Of a stretch of 24,448 nucleotides of DNA, positions 16,551 to 24,448 are shown one piece after another (position 1 is the first letter of the stretch; each line of letters starts with the position of its first letter). Made by a program: the position numbers and the translations under genes. The stretch is from the IMG/VR virus record IMGVR_UViG_3300029817_000010, positions 1 through 24,448 of that record; one strand, written 5' to 3'. The stretch comes from a virus (Duplodnaviria > Caudoviricetes). Below the pieces are notes generated by a model. That model searched no databases and had not been told where the DNA came from. It saw only the letters and a program-made list of their open reading frames with translations.

Positions 16551-17474
16551 GTGCCATCCGGTAAAAATCAAAACGGTGATACGACTGTAATCTTGACATC
16601 GCCGATTGGTGGCGTTGTGCGGGCAATCTCCCGTGAAGAGCAACCGGAGGGTACTGCGGTTGACGCCCTCAATGTTCTCCCCTATTCCTTAGATGGACGC
16701 CGTAGAATTTCTCAACGCTACGGTATCTCCCAATTTTGTTCTACTTCAACTGGCGATCCAATTCAGGGGATGTTGCCGATTGGATACATTTTAACTCCCG
16801 GTTCACCGTGGATTCCTGTACCTTCGATTACTATTCCTACTTCTTTTGTTCCATCCATTTTTGGGCCGGGAACTGTTATTAGCAGCGGTGGGCCTTCCAT
16901 TGTGAATTGGGTAGTCCAGAATGGGGGGCAACTCGATATAAAATTTACATTAAGTTTCGTAACAACAGAGGCTTCTACTTATACGGCAGGATTGGGATAT
17001 GATATTGGTGGGGGCACGCCGTTTAATGTTGCATTCAATTTTTATGTGAATAGCACTACAAATTTAGGAGGACCGCAAGCTGCCGGGACAAGCGGACAAA
17101 TTGGAGCGTATTTTATGGGGAACGGCCATGGACCGTCCACGGTTGGAATTGTGCCGCCTATTCTCACTCTCCCCGATCCGGGGTCACATCCGGCTATGTG
17201 TCTACTCGCTCAATCGCCAGGAGGAATTTATTACTTATTGGCATCTACTTATGTGATTTTAGGAAGTGAAAATTTAACAGGCTCAGCTACATTTGAAACA
17301 AAATGGACATTCTCTCCAACAAACAATTCATATACCCAAATAGATTATGTAAATGGACAACTAGCCGACAATTTTAGTCCACAGTTAATTTCTTATTTTA
17401 CGGGTGTTAGTCCTCTTTCTACTACCGCAATTGTACCTTCAGCAGCCAGATATGGAAACATGAGTTTATCATAA
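16551..17474 (+). CDS. Tail nozzle/stabilisation-like protein, N-terminal part plus extra beta domain
   Basis: PIGGVVR...EQPEGTAVDALNVLP....R.SQRYG resembles the N-terminus of P22 gp10-like hub proteins. Confidence 0.55.
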   Translation: MPSGKNQNGDTTVILTSPIGGVVRAISREEQPEGTAVDALNVLPYSLDGRRRISQRYGISQFCSTSTGDPIQGMLPIGYILTPGSPWIPVPSITIPTSFVPSIFGPGTVISSGGPSIVNWVVQNGGQLDIKFTLSFVTTEASTYTAGLGYDIGGGTPFNVAFNFYVNSTTNLGGPQAAGTSGQIGAYFMGNGHGPSTVGIVPPILTLPDPGSHPAMCLLAQSPGGIYYLLASTYVILGSENLTGSATFETKWTFSPTNNSYTQIDYVNGQLADNFSPQLISYFTGVSPLSTTAIVPSAARYGNMSLS

Positions 17475-19255
17475 TGAATGCCGGTTATACAATTTTTGTT
17501 TCCAAACCAACATATTTTAATGATTTGGTTTTTGCCACAGATGGGTATGTATTTATATCCGATCCCTTTGGCAATGTCTCAACTGCGGGTAATCAGGCTC
17601 ATGCTTTCTTTTCCCCGACGAATCCGATCAGCATGTGTTTCCTTAATCTTGGCGTGTACATGACTGACGGATCAACACTTGCATATTTGAATACGTCAAC
17701 AAAAAACATGGTTGCGTATTCAACCACGTTTAACACTCTCAGTACCAGCACCGATCCTGCTCCGACATTCTGTGCCCAAGATGTAACGTGGCGGGGTAGA
17801 TTCATTCTCTATCAGGATGCCAACAACCCACAGAACATCTATGCGGCCCGTACAGGAAATCCATACGATTTCAATTATGCCGCTACCGATCCCGCTGCGG
17901 CATGGGCCGCTAACTTCAGCGAATCAGGACAAATCGGCCAACCTGTGACGGCCTTTATTCCTTTCAATGACGATCTGGCAATCGTGTCTTGTATCGACCA
18001 AATGTGGCTCATAGAGGGTGATCCTTCAGACGGCGGTTCATTCGTTCTAATGAGCGAACACATGGGGATGCTTGGACCGCAAGCATGGTGTACATCTCCT
18101 GACCACACGCTCTATTTTGTTGGGACATCTGGTCTATATTCTTTGATGCCATTTTGGGCCCAGTATCGACCGGCCCAATTGTTGACGGGCCAAAATTACG
18201 ATCAGTTCTTTCAAACACTGGATCGTAATATTAACAATGTTTCTTTAGTGTATGATGAACTCCACAAATACATTCACATATATGTCACTCCTGTTACCAT
18301 TTCTCCAATTGCGTCTCCGGGGACACACTTGATTTTTGATACAAGGAATAATGGACTATGGCCCGCTCAATATGCTGCCAATGTGGGGCCGACTTGTGTT
18401 GCGTCATTTGTTCCGGGTTCACTGAATATTAAACAAATCCTCGCATTAGGAGGAATAGATGGAAATATCCATCAAATAAACGATTTAGCGACAGACGATG
18501 AAGGAACCTCTATTCAATCTTTCATTACCTTTGCTCCGATCAACCCATTCCCTGACCGAACGGCAATTCTGCAAAAGATTGAAGTGGACATGGGGGAGTG
18601 CCCTTCAACTTATACGGGATTGAATATTCCGGGGTCTACAAGTAGTCCGTATAACGAATTCGATTACGCTGGGAATATTTCCACATATTCGACTTCGTAT
18701 GCCAGTGCGGGTTATGTAATAAAACAAATGACGGGCACGGTTGATAGCACAAATACCCATTTCAGCACGGCCCAAGTTGTGTCCAATGATTCTTTTTACA
18801 TCAGCGAATTCGTCCTTACTAGTGGCGGACGGGTGTTAGAAAATGCGGGCAACGGGCCGACATTTAATGGAGGAGTGTCAATCACTCTTCAGCACCCAGT
18901 TGTTTCCACATACAGCGGGAATACAACGATGGGGTATTACATCACCTATCAAGCTCCCGGTTCTACATCTCCTGGCTCTACAGGAAATGCCTTTAACGCC
19001 GAATTTTCTGTGTTAGCCGGTCCTACCGCTGCGGATGTTGATGTGGATGGGTATGGATGGCCGAATGCTTCTACCAATCTACCTGGATTTACTAAGACAT
19101 TTACTACGGATCGGCGACAGCCTATTATCCAACAGCGATTGGGCGGCGGTTGGTTTTCAGTGACGCTAGGAAATTCGACGGATCAAGCAACTTGGAGTTT
19201 TGAACGAATGGTTTTGGCATTTACGCCTTCGGGGATCAACCGGCAACAAAGATAA
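17474..19255 (+). CDS. Tail nozzle/stabilisation-like beta-propeller protein, main part
   Basis: WRGRFIL, PQNIYAARTGNPYDF, GQPVTAFIPF, WLIEGDP, GM.GP, TLYFVG..GLY and LIFD...GLW are propeller-type motifs; TAATG-coupled to the upstream ORF. Confidence 0.65.
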   Translation: MNAGYTIFVSKPTYFNDLVFATDGYVFISDPFGNVSTAGNQAHAFFSPTNPISMCFLNLGVYMTDGSTLAYLNTSTKNMVAYSTTFNTLSTSTDPAPTFCAQDVTWRGRFILYQDANNPQNIYAARTGNPYDFNYAATDPAAAWAANFSESGQIGQPVTAFIPFNDDLAIVSCIDQMWLIEGDPSDGGSFVLMSEHMGMLGPQAWCTSPDHTLYFVGTSGLYSLMPFWAQYRPAQLLTGQNYDQFFQTLDRNINNVSLVYDELHKYIHIYVTPVTISPIASPGTHLIFDTRNNGLWPAQYAANVGPTCVASFVPGSLNIKQILALGGIDGNIHQINDLATDDEGTSIQSFITFAPINPFPDRTAILQKIEVDMGECPSTYTGLNIPGSTSSPYNEFDYAGNISTYSTSYASAGYVIKQMTGTVDSTNTHFSTAQVVSNDSFYISEFVLTSGGRVLENAGNGPTFNGGVSITLQHPVVSTYSGNTTMGYYITYQAPGSTSPGSTGNAFNAEFSVLAGPTAADVDVDGYGWPNASTNLPGFTKTFTTDRRQPIIQQRLGGGWFSVTLGNSTDQATWSFERMVLAFTPSGINRQQR

Positions 19256-19257
19256 TT

Positions 19258-19710
19258 ATGAAACTAATTCCACTTACGCAAGGGCAATTTGCCAAAGTTG
19301 ATGACGCCGATTTTGAATGGCTGTCACAGTGGAAGTGGCAGGCGGCATGGCGACCTACCTCCCGATCTTTTTATGCAGAACGCCGTTTTTATACAGAGAA
19401 TGAATCATACACTGTTTCTATGGCTAGGGAGATTTTGGGGTTGCGGCATAGAGATGGCAAACTAGCCGATCATAAAAATGGGGATACACTTAATAATCAG
19501 CGATATAATCTTCGTTCTACGGATCGTCGAGGGAACAATTCAAATAAGTATTATCATCGTGCAGGAAAGTTAGTTGGAGCTTCTTTTCGGAAAACTGAAA
19601 ATAAATGGCAATCGCGTGCTCAAGTTGCCGGTAGGCAAGTATATCTCGGTTATTTTCCCACAGAAATTGCCGCCCATGAGGCGTATTTGAAGGCTATAAT
19701 TACAGCATAG
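19258..19710 (+). CDS. HNH homing endonuclease with C-terminal AP2 domain
   Basis: IPLTQGQFAKVDDADFEWL..WKW N-terminus, DHKNGDTLNNQRYNLR (HNH) and GASF....KW.......YLGYFPTE.AAHEAY (AP2). Confidence 0.92.
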   Translation: MKLIPLTQGQFAKVDDADFEWLSQWKWQAAWRPTSRSFYAERRFYTENESYTVSMAREILGLRHRDGKLADHKNGDTLNNQRYNLRSTDRRGNNSNKYYHRAGKLVGASFRKTENKWQSRAQVAGRQVYLGYFPTEIAAHEAYLKAIITA

Positions 19711-19719
19711 GAGTCTGTT

Positions 19720-20190
19720 ATGTCCGCACTCGGTTCTTACATGGCCGCTATGCCGATGCAGCAAGGGATACAGGGTAAAACACCCCAAGCCGCGATTCAA
19801 GGCGGGTATGGATCGGCTATTGCATCTCTTCAAAATGCCCTTAACTCCAATCAACAGGCATACACAGGTTTGCAGAATCAGGCTCAACAGCAATTGCAGC
19901 AGAATCAGGGGGCGGTTCAACAGAATCTTGTGAATAGCGGACTTGGCAATACTACAGTTGCACAAACGTTGCAACAAGCCCCGCTTCAAACTTACAATAA
20001 TGCGTTGTTGAATATTATGGGACAACAGCAAGGAGCGGCGGCGAATATTTATGGCCAACAAGCCGGACAGTATTCACAAGAGGGCAATGCTCTTGCAAAC
20101 TATCTTGCATCGTTAGGGCAAGGAGTCGGTATCCCACAGTCGGGAGTGCAATACAACAGAGGGCCGGGGCAGGCTACTAGCCCGTTTTAA
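19720..20190 (+). CDS. Gln/Asn/Gly-rich putative DNA ejection (pilot) protein
   Basis: 156 aa, AGGAG RBS, Q-rich helical, QNLVNSGLGNTT; follows the nozzle genes. Confidence 0.6.
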   Translation: MSALGSYMAAMPMQQGIQGKTPQAAIQGGYGSAIASLQNALNSNQQAYTGLQNQAQQQLQQNQGAVQQNLVNSGLGNTTVAQTLQQAPLQTYNNALLNIMGQQQGAAANIYGQQAGQYSQEGNALANYLASLGQGVGIPQSGVQYNRGPGQATSPF

Positions 20191-20206
20191 TTAAGAAGGA
20201 ATCTTT

Positions 20207-21301
20207 ATGCCGAACATTCCAGCCGTTGCCCCTAATTCATATGATCTTCCACTTTCTGCGGGTCCAAATTACCCGCTATATGGGCCTTTGTATTTCTACA
20301 CTAGTGATCTCGCTTCTAGTTTTAGTGCGGGTGGAGAAATACACAACGTTCTAGGTTTGTATTCTCCTAGTGCCCCAAGTCAGCAACGTCCCGGAGCCAC
20401 GCCCGCCGTTAGTGTAGGTAGTGGGCTTCTTTATCCCAACACATCTACATATCCCGGAAGTGCGTGTTTAGATTGGGCGGCGTGCAATTTAATAGACCCC
20501 AGCACGAATGTTACGATGTCTTGGGGTATTCCTTCGACTGTTCAATTCTTTGGGTATTTAATTGTTCCTAGTACGGATACGTTTGCCATCAATTTCAACC
20601 CGTCTTATGCGGTTCCAGGTCAGATTTGGTATTCTCCATCTGGTACTAGCTTTCAAACTGGATTGGCGAGAGATTATCCCACTGGTACTTATGCTGTAGG
20701 AATTATCCCGCAAAATATTCTAGTGTTCACGGGATCAGACGCAGAAAATTTCTATCAGGATGCTGAAGTTTCTACCTTACAGCCACTTAACCCCGGCATT
20801 GGAAGTATTACTCTTCCTCCGAATTATCTTAACGCTCCCAATAAATTGTTGGGAATTGACGCCGAATTAACAACGGTCTTATGGTCTACAGGTTCTACAA
20901 ATTACGCCCTATGGCTGATTGTGACGAATGACCCAACTTTCCAAGGCCGGGAATTTACGCTGTCCACTCAGATTTTCTCTAACAGTATGATTAGTACGTC
21001 TACTAGCTACAGTTTTATAGTAGACGGTCGGATTGGATTCTCTAATCGCGGTTCTACGGCAGTAATGCAAACGGGATTCGTTACAACGGCAGCGTCTACA
21101 ATCTTGAAATCTCCGGTAAGTACAGAGAGTGTTACACAAATTCCTCCAATAGTTTACGAGAATGTGTTATCTACTATAGACCTAACTCAACCCGTAACTA
21201 TTGCTCTTGCGAGTCAATTTACCGGACGGTCTGGTAGTGCTTCGACGGCAAATGCTGCTCAAATGGTAACTCGGTTTATTACATTCCGTTCTGAGTCATA
21301 A
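20207..21301 (+). CDS. Putative virion surface/tail protein, Ser/Thr-rich
   Basis: 364 aa, AAGGA RBS, almost no Lys, beta-rich. Confidence 0.65.
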   Translation: MPNIPAVAPNSYDLPLSAGPNYPLYGPLYFYTSDLASSFSAGGEIHNVLGLYSPSAPSQQRPGATPAVSVGSGLLYPNTSTYPGSACLDWAACNLIDPSTNVTMSWGIPSTVQFFGYLIVPSTDTFAINFNPSYAVPGQIWYSPSGTSFQTGLARDYPTGTYAVGIIPQNILVFTGSDAENFYQDAEVSTLQPLNPGIGSITLPPNYLNAPNKLLGIDAELTTVLWSTGSTNYALWLIVTNDPTFQGREFTLSTQIFSNSMISTSTSYSFIVDGRIGFSNRGSTAVMQTGFVTTAASTILKSPVSTESVTQIPPIVYENVLSTIDLTQPVTIALASQFTGRSGSASTANAAQMVTRFITFRSES

Positions 21302-21302
21302 T

Positions 21303-22133
21303 TTGAGGATTGATCGTAATAGTCTCTCTGGCAATCGCCTTCGTCGTAATTTGCAACGATTGTCTGTAGGTACAGCTACAAGTAGCACTTTAGTTGATCC
21401 GAAGGGCGGGATCGTCAATACAGATGCGGGAATCGCTTTAGATATTAGTGGCGAAGGTTCCCTTCTTACTGTCGGCTCGACGGGAGCGGTTACTTATGTC
21501 CCAGTCGGTACTCAAGGCCAAGTTCTTACTGTGAATTCCACTTCTTTCACTGGCTTAATGTGGATAAATGGTAGCGATATAGTTGGGGGTCCGTATCTTC
21601 CTCTTAGTGCCGGTAGTACCGTACCGCTAACTGGAACGTTGTGGGTAGCTTCCACGTTGGGTATACAGTGTGATATAAGTACAAATCTGCAATCGGATGG
21701 ATATGGCAATACAACGTTATCTACCGGCACACTTGATCTTATTGCACCCGTCTCTGTGGGTTGGTTGGCGATAGACGGAAGTCAACCCAGTACGTCGATA
21801 GTGACAGGAAATGGAGCAGGTCACGGGGGCAGTCTCAATATTAACCTACAAGGTTATGATAATGCTGGAACTATATCGCTACGCACTGGCTCAACCGGAT
21901 CATTAGCTACTAACTCTCCCGTAGTGATTCTAACATTCGGCACACCGTTTCCTAATGATAGTTCAGTAATAATTTATCCCGGTAATGCCAATGCCAATAA
22001 TTTAGTAGCAGGTACAACTCAAGTTCGAGCAGAGGGCTTAAATACTGGCACACAATGGGAAATTGTAAGCGGCTCTGTAGCCTTAGCTGCTAATACGCCC
22101 TATGTATGGAATTATCTTGCATTAGGATGGTAA
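21303..22133 (+). CDS. Putative tail fibre/spike-like protein
   Basis: GSLL.......VPVGTQGQVLTV....L.W and YLPLSAG...LTGTL fibre-type repeats; C-terminal G.D.AG.I...TG...V.LTFGTPF...V.I.P tip domain. Start (TTG) is uncertain. Confidence 0.7.
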   Translation: MRIDRNSLSGNRLRRNLQRLSVGTATSSTLVDPKGGIVNTDAGIALDISGEGSLLTVGSTGAVTYVPVGTQGQVLTVNSTSFTGLMWINGSDIVGGPYLPLSAGSTVPLTGTLWVASTLGIQCDISTNLQSDGYGNTTLSTGTLDLIAPVSVGWLAIDGSQPSTSIVTGNGAGHGGSLNINLQGYDNAGTISLRTGSTGSLATNSPVVILTFGTPFPNDSSVIIYPGNANANNLVAGTTQVRAEGLNTGTQWEIVSGSVALAANTPYVWNYLALGW

Positions 22134-22157
22134 AGACATATAGTCGATAGGTGAACT

Positions 22158-22445
22158 ATGGCCTACAAGATTCCAAACGTGACAGGCGAATTTGACCCGG
22201 AAGAGGATGCAAAGACGCTTACAGAAGCGGAGTCTATTCATAGTAATCCCGATAGACATAAGGCCGCACTGGTCCATCTCGCTAACCAAAAGAAAGTAGC
22301 GACTAATGCTTATAAAACGAGCCGACAAGCATTAGAGAAACAAACCAGTAGGCGTATGAAACAGGTATTTGGACAACACGCTCCATTTGAAGCGGCGAGT
22401 GATAATCAACAAACTCCCTATACCGAAGCGGCGGGAGGCGAATAA
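22158..22445 (+). CDS. Small helical phage protein, paralog of 7546..7815
   Basis: 95 aa, AGGTG RBS; DAKTLTEAESI.....RH..A..HLA...MKQVFGQHAP. Confidence 0.75.
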   Translation: MAYKIPNVTGEFDPEEDAKTLTEAESIHSNPDRHKAALVHLANQKKVATNAYKTSRQALEKQTSRRMKQVFGQHAPFEAASDNQQTPYTEAAGGE

Positions 22446-22594
22446 TGCCACTACTTCTTCATCCCAAACAAAAGCCTGTGAAAGTCTATCGGTCGGCGGG
22501 AGAGTGGTTAGCAAAAGAACACGGGATTACTGTCGATCAGAATAAGCCGGATGACAGCAAAAATACGAAAGACTCTGTTGATAAACAGCGGTAG
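22445..22594 (+). CDS. Small hypothetical protein (49 aa, not in ORF track)
   Basis: TAATG coupling, GGAGG upstream; MPLLLHPKQKPVKVYRSAGEWLAKEHGITVDQ... Confidence 0.5.
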   Translation: MPLLLHPKQKPVKVYRSAGEWLAKEHGITVDQNKPDDSKNTKDSVDKQR

Positions 22595-22605
22595 AATGGT
22601 GTACT

Positions 22606-23484
22606 ATGAGCCGCATTGCCGGACCACAAGATTCCCCCCTTTTCAACTACTTGCAGTCTATTCAGCAGCCTTCGCCAAACCCCCTACTCTCACAAGACCC
22701 GGATACGGAGGCAAGGGCTGGATGGGGCCGTCCTGTTTATCGCCCCATGTCTGTCCGCAGTAGCAGGATAAGCGGATACGGACGCGGGGGTATGATGGGG
22801 CCAACGATCCAACAGGCGGCGGAAAGATCGCCGGAAGGGCGGCAAATGACCAAAGCCCAAATGGAACAAAAGCTGGAGGGAAGAACTGGACAGTATACAG
22901 AACAGGGACAGGATATGCCGGTTGGAAGTGAATCGCCGGAAAATCCACATAGGGGGGCCAATCTGAATGCTCTGCTTCCCCCACAAAATCTTGCCGATGT
23001 TGTGGGATCACGAGCCCCTTCTAATGCGAATCTTGCCGGTGTGCTCGGCACCAATCCGGCACAGATGCAAGGTGGTTGGACGCACCCGCAAACGGGTGAG
23101 CAACATGCGGAAGGTACAATCCTCCACAGTCCGAGTACGGGACAGACGTTTCAAATTAAGAACGGACAACCGGAACGATATGGACCGCCACAAGAAACTG
23201 TGACACCGGAACAACAACAGGCGAATGTTCATCAGTATATTCAACAACTTGCCCAAACCGATCCGGGGAAAGCGGCTGAACTTGCAATTAAACAGCAAGA
23301 GCTAGATTTGAAGCGATTTGAAGCTAACTCAAAAGCTTATCCGATTGGTGAAAAAGGATCGGCATCTTATGATGCCGAACAAGCCGCAGTTGAAAAAGAA
23401 AAGCCTGTTAAGGGGAGAAAGGATGATGCTTTAGATAAGTTGATGGACAAAGCAGCCGCCGATCTTCTAAATCAACCGGAGTAA
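22606..23484 (+). CDS. Putative internal virion/ejection protein
   Basis: 292 aa, Q/P/G-rich and disordered, then helical; position in the ejection gene block. Confidence 0.6.
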   Translation: MSRIAGPQDSPLFNYLQSIQQPSPNPLLSQDPDTEARAGWGRPVYRPMSVRSSRISGYGRGGMMGPTIQQAAERSPEGRQMTKAQMEQKLEGRTGQYTEQGQDMPVGSESPENPHRGANLNALLPPQNLADVVGSRAPSNANLAGVLGTNPAQMQGGWTHPQTGEQHAEGTILHSPSTGQTFQIKNGQPERYGPPQETVTPEQQQANVHQYIQQLAQTDPGKAAELAIKQQELDLKRFEANSKAYPIGEKGSASYDAEQAAVEKEKPVKGRKDDALDKLMDKAAADLLNQPE

Positions 23485-23487
23485 TTA

Positions 23488-24448
23488 ATGTCTGCTATCC
23501 CGAACGATCTTAAACAACTACCGGATGATTTAACTACATTACCGGACTATCTTAAGCAACTCCCGGCTGATTTAACCACATTACCGGGTAATCCTACGCC
23601 ACAACAGGCACAGGATATGCTGCGGCATTTGCGAGAGTCATGGGCCATTGCTCCGCAGATGGCACAAGATGAATTGATAGCAAAAGCACAGAACGCCGCG
23701 ACACATGCTGACACTAATACACTCCGCGGCTACGCCAATGCCGCGGTTCAACCTGTGCGAGACGCGGAGGCTATGGCGGTACGGGCAGGCGTGGGTGCCC
23801 AAAGTTTACTCGGATTAGACCCATATTCTTCTCAAGAAAAACAAGCAATAGCCAGTGGGGTACAAAATCTAGAAACGCCCCCTGTGGAAACCGCACATGG
23901 AATGGGCGGAACTCTTGTGAGTTTACCCGCTACGGGAGCAGAGGCTACGGTTCCCGGCCTTCTTCCCGCCACTCTTATCCAGCACGGTGGAGAAGTCACC
24001 TTACCTAACGTTATTAATGCAGCTACGGCTTTATTTGCCCCGGAAGTTGCAAAGGTTGCCGGCCCGGTAGTATCCAAATTTCTCCCCTTTGGAAATCGGA
24101 TCGCGGGGGCGGCCGTAATGGGGGGCGGTCAAGCGGCGGCGAACATAGCGGCTGGGGCACCGCCTACAGAAGGGGTCGGTCTAGCCGCTGGGTTGGGAGC
24201 GGTGGGCGGTAGTGAAAAAGAAATCCCAAGAGAAAACACACCGGGGGCGGGGCATGAGGTGGCGGTCGCCGGGGAACGGGGGACATGGCATGACAGGTTC
24301 GCCAACGCCCCCCGGCCGTGGATAGACGCTCTGCTCAAGGGCGGGCCTCAGCCCGTTCCCCCGGCTGCGGTTCCGTCCAATTTACAGCCCGCTACCCCAC
24401 CCGTCGAGGCCAAAGTACCCGAAAATGTGCCTCCAAAAATTATCCCCA
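23488..24448 (+). CDS. Large putative ejection protein, 5' part (runs off window)
   Basis: ATG 23488, stop-free to the window end by manual translation (MSAIPNDLKQLPDDLTTLPDY...); contains a G/A-rich hydrophobic segment. Confidence 0.75.
   Translation, partial: MSAIPNDLKQLPDDLTTLPDYLKQLPADLTTLPGNPTPQQAQDMLRHLRESWAIAPQMAQDELIAKAQNAATHADTNTLRGYANAAVQPVRDAEAMAVRAGVGAQSLLGLDPYSSQEKQAIASGVQNLETPPVETAHGMGGTLVSLPATGAEATVPGLLPATLIQHGGEVTLPNVINAATALFAPEVAKVAGPVVSKFLPFGNRIAGAAVMGGGQAAANIAAGAPPTEGVGLAAGLGAVGGSEKEIPRENTPGAGHEVAVAGERGTWHDRFANAPRPWIDALLKGGPQPVPPAAVPSNLQPATPPVEAKVPENVPPKIIP
23507..23587 (+). repeat. Imperfect 42-bp tandem repeat (coding)
   Basis: ATCTTAAACAACTACCGGATGATTTAACTACATTACCGG at 23507 and ATCTTAAGCAACTCCCGGCTGATTTAACCACATTACCGG at 23549. 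Confidence 0.85.

Larger units (their letters stand above)
1..24448 (+). mobile_element. Tailed dsDNA bacteriophage (Caudoviricetes, podovirus-like) packaging and structural region
   Basis: Co-oriented terminase, portal, scaffold, capsid, adaptor, nozzle-like and ejection-type genes. No tape measure, sheath, integrase or host housekeeping genes are seen in the window. Confidence 0.93.

Overview
The window is the DNA-packaging and virion-morphogenesis region of a tailed dsDNA phage with podovirus-like gene order; all credible genes are on the + strand. Order: non-coding control/origin-like region and sigma70-type promoter, a glycosyltransferase-like gene, two paralogous small proteins, TerS, TerL, portal, small genes including an FmdB-type zinc ribbon, scaffold, a decayed endonuclease VII, major capsid protein, a capsid accessory protein, a separately promoted TylF O-methyltransferase plus phosphatase-GT2 cassette, adaptor, a nozzle-like protein split in two, an HNH-AP2 endonuclease, tail or fibre-like proteins and ejection-type proteins running off the right edge. 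Two signals stand out. (1) The Ser-Thr dipeptide is strongly and directionally enriched (ST much more than TS, varied codons) in nine putative virion-surface proteins but nearly absent from portal, terminase, scaffold and ejection proteins, in a genome encoding two glycosyltransferases and a sugar O-methyltransferase. This is a candidate phage-encoded virion glycosylation system with its own acceptor motif. (2) The major capsid gene and the next gene both appear to start at non-canonical codons (ACG, ATT) behind similar leaders and long stem-loops. All calls rest on motif recognition and synteny by eye; no searches were run and the host cannot be determined.
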